The position numbers and the translations under genes are program-made. The notes beneath the pieces are model-generated. The model saw only the letters and a program-made list of their open reading frames with translations, was not told the DNA's origin and ran no database searches. From contig NVSR01000011.1 in assembly GCA_002401295.1 (NCBI GenBank), forward strand, positions 1 to 46,809: a stretch of 46,809 nucleotides of DNA, written 5' to 3'. The DNA comes from SAR324 cluster bacterium (GTDB taxonomy: Bacteria; SAR324; XYD2-FULL-50-16). Shown piece after piece: positions 1-10,164 of this stretch. Position 1 is the first letter of the stretch. The number at the start of each line of letters is the position of its first letter.

Positions 1-1
1 T

Positions 2-985
<984 letters not shown>

Positions 986-1017
986 TTGTTTTGAGATGAC
1001 ATCCCTTCATATCTAGA

Positions 1018-1054
1018 GGGTTCACGGTTATCAGTGATTGATAACCATGAACCC
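1018..1054 (+). terminator. Hairpin between thiC and the next gene (possible terminator, attenuator or processing site)
   Basis: GGGTTCAcGGTTATCA-gtgat-TGATAACCaTGAACCC is a 16-bp stem with one mismatch. It starts 33 nt after the thiC stop. No clean U-tract follows. Confidence 0.3.
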
Positions 1055-1100
1055 ATCTTCATTTGGCGTGCAAGAAAATCTTTAGAATATAAAGGATAAA

Positions 1101-1724
1101 ATGAAGCTACTCGTCGTTTCCAATCCAACTTTTTTGGATGGGGAGGCTGATATGGTGAACCGGATGTTTGCAGCAGGCTTGAATCATTTCCATCTTCGCA
1201 AACCGGGGATTGCTAGCTGTGAATTAGAAGCTTTTCTTCAAAAAATTCAGCCGGAATTCCAAAATCGTATCGTACTTCATTCTCATCATTCCCTACTTTT
1301 AGGGTGGGGCTTGAGAGGAATCCATTTGACGGCAGCACATCAAGAAGATCTATGGTCATCCCGGTCGTTATTGAAAGCTCTGGGACCACGAAACCCAAAG
1401 GTGACGATGAGTGCCTCTTATCATTCTCTGGAGCAGCTCGATGGGCCTGATCCCGGTTATACCTATGTTTTTTTGAGTCCTATTTTTGATAGTATTTCCA
1501 AGCAGGGTTACCAGGCTGCTTTTTCTCAGGAGCCTTTAAAACAAGCACTCCTGAAGAGTAGTCTGAATGTGATAGCCTTGGGTGGATGCTCGGAACAGAA
1601 CCTCAGGCAAATCGAAAAACTTGGTTTTTCCGGTGCTGCTTTCCTGGGGCGGATATGGCAATCAGCAGATCCGGTAAAAAGTTTCGAACTACTTCAGAAG
1701 AATCTTACCCCAACCTTAAATTAA
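1101..1724 (+). CDS. ThiE/TenI-family thiamine-phosphate synthase-like protein
   Basis: 207-aa ORF with AAAGGA about 7 nt upstream of the ATG. It lies between thiC and thiG. FHLRKP, GIHL, FLSPIF and ALGG resemble the short ThiE-like subfamily. I cannot separate ThiE from TenI by eye. Confidence 0.7.
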   Translation: MKLLVVSNPTFLDGEADMVNRMFAAGLNHFHLRKPGIASCELEAFLQKIQPEFQNRIVLHSHHSLLLGWGLRGIHLTAAHQEDLWSSRSLLKALGPRNPKVTMSASYHSLEQLDGPDPGYTYVFLSPIFDSISKQGYQAAFSQEPLKQALLKSSLNVIALGGCSEQNLRQIEKLGFSGAAFLGRIWQSADPVKSFELLQKNLTPTLN

Positions 1725-1733
1725 AGCTAGATT

Positions 1734-2507
1734 ATGCAGGAACTTATTATTGGCGGTCAAACCTTTAACTCTCGGCTCTTTTTGGGAACGGGTAAGTTTA
1801 GTTCCAATCAAAAGATGCAGCAGGCGATTGAGGCTTCCGGATCGGAACTGGTCACGGTTGCTCTCAAACGCTTCAATCCGGAAGATGCCAATGATGATAT
1901 GTTGGCGCATTTAAATATTCCGGGAGTTAATCTTTTTCCCAATACCTCGGGTGTGCGGACTGCGAAGGATGCTGTCTTTGCTGCGGAACTGGCCAGAGAG
2001 GCTTTGGAAACAAACTGGCTCAAGCTGGAAGTACACCCTGATCCCCGTTATTTACTGCCGGATCACCGGGAGACTTTGATTGCTGCTGAGGAATTAGTCA
2101 AAAAAGGATTCATTGTGCTGCCCTATATCAACGCGGATCCCGTTTTTTGTAAGCATCTTGAGGAGGTGGGTGTCTCTGCGGTGATGCCTTTGGGTGCTCC
2201 TATCGGTAGTAATTCCGGTTTGCAAACTAAAGCGATGCTGGAAATTATTATTGAACAAAGTAAAGTTCCTGTCATAGTGGATGCTGGAATTGGAGCCCCT
2301 TCCCATGCCGCATTAGCCATGGAAATGGGGGCTGACGCGGTGTTGGTAAATACGGCCATTGCCATTGCCGGAGATCCGGTGATCATGGCAGAAGCCTTCA
2401 AGTTGGCTGTTATCGCCGGTCGGCAGGCTTTTGAAGCCAAATTGGGTGCTCCCTCACTGCAAGCTGTAGCCAGTAGCCCCCTGACTGCATTTTTGGAGGA
2501 AACTTAG
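1734..2507 (+). CDS. thiG: Thiazole synthase ThiG
   Basis: 257 aa. [27 protein letters not shown] and DAGIG..S.AA.AME.GADAVL.NTAIA are the ThiG pattern. Confidence 0.93.
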   Translation: MQELIIGGQTFNSRLFLGTGKFSSNQKMQQAIEASGSELVTVALKRFNPEDANDDMLAHLNIPGVNLFPNTSGVRTAKDAVFAAELAREALETNWLKLEVHPDPRYLLPDHRETLIAAEELVKKGFIVLPYINADPVFCKHLEEVGVSAVMPLGAPIGSNSGLQTKAMLEIIIEQSKVPVIVDAGIGAPSHAALAMEMGADAVLVNTAIAIAGDPVIMAEAFKLAVIAGRQAFEAKLGAPSLQAVASSPLTAFLEET

Positions 2508-2561
2508 ACTCAAGAGACCTTGGGGAAAAATAACCACTACTTAAGAAGGATGACTCTACAA

Positions 2562-2590
2562 GTAGGTCGGAGTCAGCGCAGCGTCTCCGA
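2562..2590 (+). repeat. REP-like GTAGG hairpin element, copy 1
   Basis: GTAGGTCGGAGTCAGCGCAGCGTCTCCGA. The TCGGAG/CTCCGA arms flank a GC-rich loop. It differs from the copy at 8520 at one position. Confidence 0.6.
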
Positions 2591-2664
2591 TATTTTCTCT
2601 GGGTGAAGTCATGACCCACTTCCATCAATGAGATATTCCTCCAAAAATGAAATAAGTGTAAAAA

Positions 2665-3783
2665 ATGAGTTTCCGTAAAATATTTAACGCTATAGAGTGG
2701 GATCAAGTTGCAGAAAGCATTGTTCGGAAAAAGGACTCTGATGTGGAGCGAGCTTTAGGGAAAAAAGGTAAGCGTGATTTGGATGATCTGCAAGCCCTGC
2801 TGTCTCCCGCAGCTGCTGCCTACCTGGAACCAATGGCTGCATTGAGCCAAGAGCTGACCCTGAAAAGGTTTGGTAAAACCATGCAAATGTATATCCCGCT
2901 GTATCTGTCTAATGTCTGTTACAGCAGCTGTCATTATTGTGGGTTCAAGAGAGAAAATAAAGTTGCTCGGGTGACTTTGACGGCAGAACAGATCCTGGAA
3001 GAGGTAAAGGTTATCAAATCTTATGGCTTCGACCATGTTTTATTAGTGACGGGAGACATGGGTAAAAAAGGGGTGCAGTATCTTGAGGATACAATTCGGT
3101 TGATTCGCCCCTACTTTTCCCATATATCTTTAGAGGTACAACCTGCATCACAAGAGGAATACGAGGCTTGGATCCGACAAGGATTGAATACGGTGCTGGT
3201 TTATCAAGAAACCTATCACCAGCAGAATTACCCGAAATATCACCCGAGTGGTCCGAAAGCTGATTTTAACTTTCGGTTGGATACAGCGGATCGGCTGGGA
3301 AAAGCGGGAATTCATAAAATAGGTTTGGGTGCTCTCTTAGGTCTGGAGAATTGGAGGGTTGATTCCTGGTTTGTGGGGCTACATTTGAATTATTTGGAAA
3401 ACAATTATTGGCAAACCAAATTTTCAATTTCCTTCCCTCGACTGAGGCCCGCGACTGGTATTATGGAGCCGAATATGGTGATGTCTGATCGAGAATTAGT
3501 TCAAGTGATTTGCGCGTACCGGATTTTTAATGAAAATGTAGAACTCTCCCTCTCAACAAGGGAATCAGAACATTTTCGCAACCATATGATTAAATTGGGA
3601 ATTACTTCGCTTAGTGCCGGTTCAAAAACTGACCCTGGTGGTTACTCACAGGCACAGGAAGCGCTGGAGCAATTTGAAATCGATGATGATCGATCCCCTC
3701 AAGAAATCGCCCAAATGCTGCAAGAGCAAGGCTATGAAGCCGTTTGGAAGGATTGGGATATTCATTATGGGAGTCAATTTTAG
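2665..3783 (+). CDS. thiH: 2-iminoacetate synthase ThiH (radical SAM)
   Basis: 372 aa with the radical-SAM cluster motif CYSSCHYCGF (CX3CX2C). It follows thiG. Length and C-terminal region fit ThiH. Confidence 0.88.
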   Translation: MSFRKIFNAIEWDQVAESIVRKKDSDVERALGKKGKRDLDDLQALLSPAAAAYLEPMAALSQELTLKRFGKTMQMYIPLYLSNVCYSSCHYCGFKRENKVARVTLTAEQILEEVKVIKSYGFDHVLLVTGDMGKKGVQYLEDTIRLIRPYFSHISLEVQPASQEEYEAWIRQGLNTVLVYQETYHQQNYPKYHPSGPKADFNFRLDTADRLGKAGIHKIGLGALLGLENWRVDSWFVGLHLNYLENNYWQTKFSISFPRLRPATGIMEPNMVMSDRELVQVICAYRIFNENVELSLSTRESEHFRNHMIKLGITSLSAGSKTDPGGYSQAQEALEQFEIDDDRSPQEIAQMLQEQGYEAVWKDWDIHYGSQF

Positions 3784-3986
3784 GCTTTATCCAACCACTC
3801 CTCTTAATTCAACCCATGTATATAGAATTCGGGCCGGAGTGGAAGGGATATTCTTTTCTAGGTAAGGTAATTAACTTCATTAATGACAAAAAAAGATTAA
3901 ATCTCAATACTCAACGCTTTGAGTGTAATAAAAACTTCAAGAAGTGGTCAAAGAACCCCATTAATAATATATAGAGAGACGTATCC

Positions 3987-4778
3987 ATGGTAGAGCCTTT
4001 AATCCATGCAACCGCTATTATTGATTCCAAAGCTGAATTGGGTAACAATGTGGCGATCGGTCCTTATACGATTATTGGCCCTGGAGTGGTGATCGGAGAT
4101 GATACTTGTGTTGAAAACCATGTGACTATTAAAGGGGATACGGTTATTGGGCATGGCAATTCGATTGGTCCTTATACCTCGATTGGACTTTCCGCTCAAG
4201 ACAAACACCACCGTAATGAACCGACCAAAGTGATTATTGGTGATGAGAATGACATCCGTGAATATGTCTCCATCAATCGGGGGACCTTGGGAGGTACGGG
4301 ACTTACTAAAATCGGGAGTCACAACCAGCTCTTTATTTCCACTCATTTCGCTCATGATACCCGTGTGGGAGATCATTGTATGTTCGCGAATGGTACCACG
4401 CTTGGTGGGCATGTGGAAATTGGTTCCTATGTAGTGACAGGTGGTTTGTCGGCAATGCACCAATTCTGCAGGGTGGGAGATTACGCCATGGTAGCTGGAA
4501 CTACCGCGATCTACCAGGATGTTCCTCCTTATGTACTCTCTTCCGGTTCTCGGGCAGCAGCTTATGGGATTAATAAAATCGGATTGCAACGTAATGGCTT
4601 TACTGCGGAAGATATTGTGCAGGTACAGCACCTTTATGATCTCTTTTTCTCGCGCGGGCTGATCCCCAAAAAATCACGGGATATGATTGAAACCGAAATT
4701 CCTCCGGGGAAAATTCGGGAGCGTTTTTTAGAATTTATTAAAAACTCCAAGAGAGGCTTGATAAGTAAGGGGTCATAG
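3987..4778 (+). CDS. lpxA: Acyl-ACP--UDP-N-acetylglucosamine O-acyltransferase LpxA
   Basis: 263 aa. The N-terminus IHATAIIDSKAELGNNVAIGPYTIIGPGVVIGDDT shows left-handed beta-helix hexapeptide repeats. The helical C-terminal domain is typical of LpxA. Confidence 0.88.
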   Translation: MVEPLIHATAIIDSKAELGNNVAIGPYTIIGPGVVIGDDTCVENHVTIKGDTVIGHGNSIGPYTSIGLSAQDKHHRNEPTKVIIGDENDIREYVSINRGTLGGTGLTKIGSHNQLFISTHFAHDTRVGDHCMFANGTTLGGHVEIGSYVVTGGLSAMHQFCRVGDYAMVAGTTAIYQDVPPYVLSSGSRAAAYGINKIGLQRNGFTAEDIVQVQHLYDLFFSRGLIPKKSRDMIETEIPPGKIRERFLEFIKNSKRGLISKGS

Positions 4779-4848
4779 CTTAGTCTGCATAGTACTCGGG
4801 CACATTCACTTGTCAGTTTTCAATCCATTCACTCACTCTATACAAATC

Positions 4849-6885
4849 ATGGGCAAGCAAACGGATAAAAAAATTTTGGGGGTTCTTCGAGAATCCCGTC
4901 TATTCCGACAGTTTGCAGATCAAGAACTGGTCCAGTTAATTTCCTTCTCTTCCTTGAGGACGTTTAAGCAAGGTGAGGTCATTATCGAGGAAGGCAAATC
5001 GAATGATCGTGTGTATATTATTGTCACGGGTCGTGTAGGGGTTTTTGCTGATGATGAGTTTATCCTGACGCTGGGACGGAAAGGAGACCTTTTTGGTGAA
5101 ATGAGTGTAATCACCAAAAAGTTAACCACAGCAGCGGTGATTGCGGGTTCCAGAGTCGAGCTTTTCACGATTTCAGCTGATGAGATTAATGATTCCGGTG
5201 GTGTTGAACTACGCAGCATGATCTATAAGATCTTCTTGGATATCTTAACGGAAAAACTGACAGCTACCACCAAGCAGGTAAAAGGTTTTCAAGCGACTAA
5301 GAATGAGCTGGCTATTTCCGAGGATATTATCAGCTCTGTCTTGGAAAGCATGAGTGATGGAGTGGTTGTGGCTGATAGCGATGGCCAAATCCTGCATGTG
5401 AATGAAGCCTTTATGAAAATGGTTGGTAATATAGAGATCCCCTTAGACTTTCAGTATTGGCCCAAAACTCTGGGATTCTACCAGAAAGACATTAAAACTC
5501 TAATAGATTTTAAAGATTTGCCCATGCTCAAAGCAATGGTGGGGCAAGTCTGTGATTCGGAAGAGATTTATGTTAAAAATCCTGCCATGCAAGAGGGGCG
5601 TTGGTTGCAGGCCAGTGCACGGCCCTTAGTCGTCAGTGAAGAGGATAGCCTGGATGGTGCTGTTGTTGTTTATCGTGATTATACGAAAAAGAAAAATGAA
5701 GAACTGGCGCTGATCAAAGCTAAGGAACACGCGGAAGCCACGGCCAAAGCCAAGTCGGAATTCCTGGCTGTGATGAGCCATGAGTTACGGACTCCCTTGA
5801 ATGGCATCATCGGCATGACAGACTTGCTCACCAAAACTCAGTTGGATGAGGAACAGCAGGATTGTGCCGAGTCGATTCGTGCCAGTGGAGAGACTCTCCT
5901 CAATATTGTGATGAGCATTCTTGATTTTAGTGATTTGGAAGCTGGAACCCTCAGGTTGACGGTAGCTCCTTTTGCACTCAAGAACGGTATTGAAGCGGTA
6001 ATTCAGAAACTCGACTCAGCAGCTAAAAATAAAAATATCTCCTTGGAAGTGAAGTTATCCAGTGATCTACCAGCCTGGGCCAAGGGAGATCAAGATCGTA
6101 TCCAACAGATCCTAAACAATATTGTACATAACGCCATTAAGTTCTCTTCCAAAGGCGTAGTTCGGATTAGCGCGAAACTTTCCCAAACCCATCAAGATGA
6201 GGATGAACTCTTATTCAGCGTGGCTGATGAGGGCATTGGGATTCCTCAAGATAAATTGCCTCAGCTATTCGAACCTTTTGCTCAGTTAGATTCCACCTTT
6301 GCCCGTAAATTTGATGGAGCAGGCATTGGGCTGAGTATTTGTAAAAAACTGGTGGAAAAGATGAATGGTAAAATCTGGGTCACTAGTGAATTAGGCCAAG
6401 GATCCACTTTTCACTTCACCATTCGAACGGAAAAAGTAACACAGGAAGCGGCTGCGATTAAGCTTGGCGAAAGCAAAGAGAGTAAGCCTAAAAAACTGGA
6501 CCAAAGTTTTGCGGAAGCTTTTCCCTGTCGCATTCTCGTGGCTGAAGATAACGCCATGAACCAGAAACTAATTGGTAAGGTTTTGAAAAAACTAGGCTAT
6601 GCTCCAGTTTTTGCGGGCAATGGTGTTTTGGCAGTGGAAGCTGTACGGAAAGATCCTTACGACTTAATTTTAATGGATCTGCAAATGCCGGAGATGGATG
6701 GACAAGAAGCCTCCCGTAAAATTCAAACGGAACAGCCCGCAGAGTGCCGACCTAAAATTATTGCTTTAACAGCCAATGTCATGGATGGAATTCGTGAGCA
6801 GTGTCTTGAATCTGGTATGGTTGATTATATGGCCAAGCCTCTGAGAATGGATAAATTGGCAATAATGCTCCAAAAGTGGTTGTAA
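4849..6885 (+). CDS. Hybrid sensor histidine kinase: cNMP-binding domain, PAS, HisKA, HATPase_c, receiver
   Basis: The N-terminus has a CAP-type cNMP-binding pattern (GDLFGEMS). A PAS-like segment follows (SMSDGVVVAD..G.ILHVNEAF). The H-box is FLAVMSHELRTPLNG. DEGIGI and GAGIGLSI mark the ATPase G-boxes. The C-terminal REC has ILVAEDN and LILMDLQMPEMDG. I chose the ATG at 4849 (MGKQTDKK) over the track's TTG at 4810. Confidence 0.85.
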   Translation: MGKQTDKKILGVLRESRLFRQFADQELVQLISFSSLRTFKQGEVIIEEGKSNDRVYIIVTGRVGVFADDEFILTLGRKGDLFGEMSVITKKLTTAAVIAGSRVELFTISADEINDSGGVELRSMIYKIFLDILTEKLTATTKQVKGFQATKNELAISEDIISSVLESMSDGVVVADSDGQILHVNEAFMKMVGNIEIPLDFQYWPKTLGFYQKDIKTLIDFKDLPMLKAMVGQVCDSEEIYVKNPAMQEGRWLQASARPLVVSEEDSLDGAVVVYRDYTKKKNEELALIKAKEHAEATAKAKSEFLAVMSHELRTPLNGIIGMTDLLTKTQLDEEQQDCAESIRASGETLLNIVMSILDFSDLEAGTLRLTVAPFALKNGIEAVIQKLDSAAKNKNISLEVKLSSDLPAWAKGDQDRIQQILNNIVHNAIKFSSKGVVRISAKLSQTHQDEDELLFSVADEGIGIPQDKLPQLFEPFAQLDSTFARKFDGAGIGLSICKKLVEKMNGKIWVTSELGQGSTFHFTIRTEKVTQEAAAIKLGESKESKPKKLDQSFAEAFPCRILVAEDNAMNQKLIGKVLKKLGYAPVFAGNGVLAVEAVRKDPYDLILMDLQMPEMDGQEASRKIQTEQPAECRPKIIALTANVMDGIREQCLESGMVDYMAKPLRMDKLAIMLQKWL

Positions 6886-7041
6886 AACAGTACTATAGAA
6901 AGATTGACTTCTCATTCCTATATACTCCCCGATGACAGCATACTCGCTCTTACGCTCTGACCTTTACAGTTTTGAAGCAGTAATTATAATAGTGAAGTTC
7001 AACTGGATTGAGATAACTATCTTCCCCCTTGATATAAAATT

Positions 7042-8517
7042 ATGAAAATATCTATCCCTTTAAAAATAGCATTGCTCCAAATCATCTTCCTGGGCTTTGC
7101 TTTGCTTCTGTTATCATTCCTTGAGGCTACTGCCACTAACTTGTTTATGTTGGTTGGCTTGATCTCTGGTCTATTGATTCTTATAAGCTGGGGAGCTTGT
7201 CAGTGGCTTTTTTCCAGCCCTGTGCAGAAAGTTATATTATTGCTAGAGGATAGTCATCAGAAGAACATAGGAGCTGAGCAGTTTGGTGAGAAAAAACGAA
7301 ATGATGAGGTGGGGGAACTTTATCGTCTAGTCTACCAAAGTCTTGTGCTGGAAAAACAGGGATCTCGTGCCATCATCCAAGAGTTGGAAGGGAACTCGGG
7401 AATCCTACAAAAAACATCGAAGCAGTTAACTGAGAATTCAGAACAGTTAGCAGAGCAAGTAGAGCAGATCACTACCAAGGCAGAGCGAGTGGTGAACGGA
7501 GCGCAAGCCAATTCGCAGACTATGACGAATGTGGTGACCTCAGCGAATGACGCATCTCACAATATCAGTACTATTTCGGCTGCAGTGACCCAGTTGAGTG
7601 CTAATATCTCAACGGTTGCCGCAGCAGCGGAGCAGGCCTCCGCAAACATGATGAGTGTGAGCGATAACAATAAGAATATCTCTACGGAGATTGCCCATGT
7701 GGCCAACTCGATTGACATCATGTCTAATGCCCTGGAACGGATTTATGAAAAAACTCAGGATGCAGCCAGAGTCTCGGGTAATGCGGGAGACTTGATTGAG
7801 GCTAATTTAGAAGAAATGATTCAGTTAGAAAACTCTTCTAATAATATTAGTGGCATTGTCAAAATGGTGAATGAGATTGCGGACCAAACGAATATGCTGG
7901 CCCTCAACGCCACCATTGAAGCAGCCAGTGCTGGTACTGCTGGTAAAGGTTTTGCCGTTGTCGCAGAGGAAATCAAACAGTTAGCGCAACAAACAACGAA
8001 ATCCAATGCGGATATTTCGATTGAGATTGATCATACGCTGCAACTGATTCAAGAGACTCGCTCCAGTGTCTATGAAGTCAATAAGGAATTCCACAGTTTG
8101 GTGAATATCAATAAAGCCATCGCGCTATCTACAGGGGAACAGAGTACTATTTCTACGCAGATTGCCCAGTCCGTGGAATCTGTGTCTGATGCATCCAAAT
8201 CGAATGCTATTAATGTGAGTGAAGCGAGCCTGGGAATCAGAGAAATTACTCGCTCCGCAGCAGAAGCTGCCGGTGCTTCCAATGAATCCTCTAAGAGAGT
8301 TGCTGAAATTGCGGAAGTTTTTAAGGAAATCGCCTCATCTAGTTCTGTTGTTTCAGAGCGGATTGGTAACGTGATTCAGAATATTAAAGGGATTCAGGTG
8401 GAGATGACGGAGGTTTCTCAGATTACGGTTGAAAATCGTCAGGATTCTCAGAAAATTCGCCAGACCGTCGAACTATTAGCGCAGACTATTCTACGCCAGA
8501 AAGAAGCTCAAACGTAA
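7042..8517 (+). CDS. Methyl-accepting chemotaxis protein
   Basis: 491 aa with two N-terminal hydrophobic helices. It has the conserved signalling hairpin [37 protein letters not shown]. Confidence 0.88.
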   Translation: MKISIPLKIALLQIIFLGFALLLLSFLEATATNLFMLVGLISGLLILISWGACQWLFSSPVQKVILLLEDSHQKNIGAEQFGEKKRNDEVGELYRLVYQSLVLEKQGSRAIIQELEGNSGILQKTSKQLTENSEQLAEQVEQITTKAERVVNGAQANSQTMTNVVTSANDASHNISTISAAVTQLSANISTVAAAAEQASANMMSVSDNNKNISTEIAHVANSIDIMSNALERIYEKTQDAARVSGNAGDLIEANLEEMIQLENSSNNISGIVKMVNEIADQTNMLALNATIEAASAGTAGKGFAVVAEEIKQLAQQTTKSNADISIEIDHTLQLIQETRSSVYEVNKEFHSLVNINKAIALSTGEQSTISTQIAQSVESVSDASKSNAINVSEASLGIREITRSAAEAAGASNESSKRVAEIAEVFKEIASSSSVVSERIGNVIQNIKGIQVEMTEVSQITVENRQDSQKIRQTVELLAQTILRQKEAQT

Positions 8518-8519
8518 AT

Positions 8520-8549
8520 GTAGGTCGGAGTCAGCACAGCGTCTCCGAC
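8520..8549 (+). repeat. REP-like GTAGG hairpin element, copy 2 (also placed as a terminator)
   Basis: GTAGGTCGGAGTCAGCACAGCGTCTCCGAC with a 7-bp stem GTCGGAG/CTCCGAC. It starts 3 nt after the MCP stop, between convergent genes. Confidence 0.6.
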
Positions 8550-8571
8550 ATCCTTTATTTCTTCTGGCTCC

Positions 8572-9150
8572 CTAAGTAGGCAACATTCGGCTCGAATTTT
8601 TTCTATTTTTCATCTTAGCCAAAGAAAACACCTCCACAGCTTTAGGCACCATAAAGCAAGCATTGACACATTTCCCACAGCCCACACAAATATCCAGATC
8701 TACCTGCAAGCGTCCATACATATCCCTCACCAATGCTTGATATCCTTCAGGGCATGCATAGCGGCAGATATCACAAATCTGGTGTTGCTTTGTCAGACAG
8801 GAAGCCAACAAATCCGCTTTCCCCATGATTTTATTTTCCGGGGTCAGCGCATCATGAGTACAGGCTGTAATACAGGGGAAATCCTTACAATATTCGCAAC
8901 CACCTACTTTAAGGTCGATATAAGCTGTCCGATGAGCACCACTGATTGGGTCATGAACCTTCAAAATCACATGGTGAGGACAAGCTTTCACGCAATCCTC
9001 ACATTCTTTTTGGCAAGCCTTAATAAATTGATCCTCCGCAATCGCTCCGGGAGGTCTGAGAAAAAAGGTTCGATGATTGATAATTTCAGCGGAGCGCTCC
9101 GCCACTTTTCTGAAGCCACCAAATAAAAAGCTTCTTCGTGATTTATCCAT
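8572..9150 (-). CDS. napF: NapF-type polyferredoxin (4Fe-4S cluster protein)
   Basis: 192 aa. The N-terminus has a twin-arginine-like SRRSFLFGGFRK, then LRPPGAI.E..F...C..C..C..ACP as in NapF. Further Cys clusters are CEYCKDFPCITAC, CDICRYACP and CVGCGKCVNAC. Same strand as the nap genes. Confidence 0.62.
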   Translation of the reverse strand: MDKSRRSFLFGGFRKVAERSAEIINHRTFFLRPPGAIAEDQFIKACQKECEDCVKACPHHVILKVHDPISGAHRTAYIDLKVGGCEYCKDFPCITACTHDALTPENKIMGKADLLASCLTKQHQICDICRYACPEGYQALVRDMYGRLQVDLDICVGCGKCVNACFMVPKAVEVFSLAKMKNRKNSSRMLPT

Positions 9151-9305
9151 GAAAACTGCCTGCCCTGTACGATGAGTTAGATGTGTTGCCCGAGCTGGGA
9201 TTTTAAAGGGCTAGTTGCAGGAAAGCAAGCTCAAATCTGTTCTCACTCTCTTGCTCGTTTCCATGCTCCTGTGTAGCAATTTATATTAGCTATGGAAGGA
9301 TTTTT

Positions 9306-9373
9306 TTGAATATTGAACAAGGAATGACGAATATCGAAGTAAACCACAAAGCGCACGAAGGCCACGAAGAAAA
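9306..9373 (+). repeat. Pseudo-coding repeat (reads L-NIEQGMTNIEV-NHKAHEGHEEK), left edge of the island
   Basis: TTGAATATTGAACAAGGAATGACGAATATCGAAGTAAACCACAAAGCGCACGAAGGCCACGAAGAAAAG. A related inverted copy lies at 12601..12652. Confidence 0.5.
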
Positions 9374-9384
9374 GAGACTTCAAA

Positions 9385-9564
9385 TTAGTAGCCACTCGAT
9401 ACGGGGTAATCCATCGCAACTAAAAAATGCTTTCGGCCCGGACACTTAGCAACACCCACGCCCAGGTTTTTCATGGCTTGCCAGTAATCGAGTAATACAT
9501 TGCTATAAACCAACGGAGCCTTGACCAACTGTTTCTGATGTCTAAAATTATCACCCTGTTTCAT
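9385..9564 (-). CDS. Hypothetical 59-aa ORF, one codon short of the ORF track's shortest listed entries (60 aa)
   Basis: Hand translation gives MKQGDNFRHQKQLVKAPLVYSNVLLDYWQAMKNLGVGVAKCPGRKHFLVAMDYPVSSGY, from ATG to TAA. There is no convincing Shine-Dalgarno and I recognise no family. Confidence 0.2.
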   Translation of the reverse strand: MKQGDNFRHQKQLVKAPLVYSNVLLDYWQAMKNLGVGVAKCPGRKHFLVAMDYPVSSGY

Positions 9565-9784
9565 CTACTGTTATATTTCGTAATGCGGAAAAAATGCTAT
9601 TTTAATACATTTGAAGTAGTTCTAAAACTTTCATTATTTCAGGTGAATAGGCTATTTGAATTGTCGAGTCGTTCTCGCCGAAAAAAGGGCTTCTAATATT
9701 CTCAGTCCTAAGTTATTGTAACTAAAAAAGAAACGCTATATATCTCACATCCAAACTTAAGACTCTCACTCCCTGGAGCTTCGA

Positions 9785-10126
9785 ATGGGCGAAACAGTTA
9801 CATGGTTGCATCTCTCCGATATCCACTTCTGTGAGGAAAAAAGCGGTTGGAGTTCCAATGCGGTATTGGAAAAACTGCGTATTGATGTCGATACATACTC
9901 CAAAGAACAACAACTCCGTCCCGATCTTATTTTTGTGACGGGCGACCTTGCTTTTGGAGAGATCCCCGGCACGTCCTCTATTGAAGATCAGTTTATAGCC
10001 GTCGATGGTTTCATCACAGAACTTCGAGAGCTGTTTGAGCCTATCGTGCCACGGAAGAATGTCTTCCTAGTTCCGGGGAATCATGATGTGAAAAATTACG
10101 TGTCGGACCAAAATAAATTCAGATAA
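9785..10126 (+). pseudogene. Metallophosphoesterase N-terminal stump (calcineurin-like motifs I-III only)
   Basis: WLHLSDIHF (DxH), FVTGDLAF (GD) and LVPGNHD (GNHD) are present. The ORF stops 10 codons after GNHD. The distal His motifs are absent and no downstream frame continues. Confidence 0.6.
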
Positions 10127-10164
10127 AACAATTAAGTAGTCGTTAAAAACACCCGCATTTTCTT

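Noticed and set aside
3999-4631. 210-aa ORF antisense to lpxA
   Set aside because: It lies entirely inside the well-supported lpxA gene on the opposite strand. Hexapeptide-repeat genes commonly keep antisense frames open. Its composition is odd and it shows no recognisable motifs.
4810-4848. Longer N-terminal extensions from non-ATG starts in the ORF track
   Set aside because: The cases are 4810, 19943, 21488, 25955, 27333, 28486, 29940, 39233, 41078 and 43114. In each one an internal ATG or GTG has a better ribosome-binding site, a signal peptide or a conserved family N-terminus. The extensions are probably artefacts of longest-ORF calling, but none of the starts is experimentally certain.
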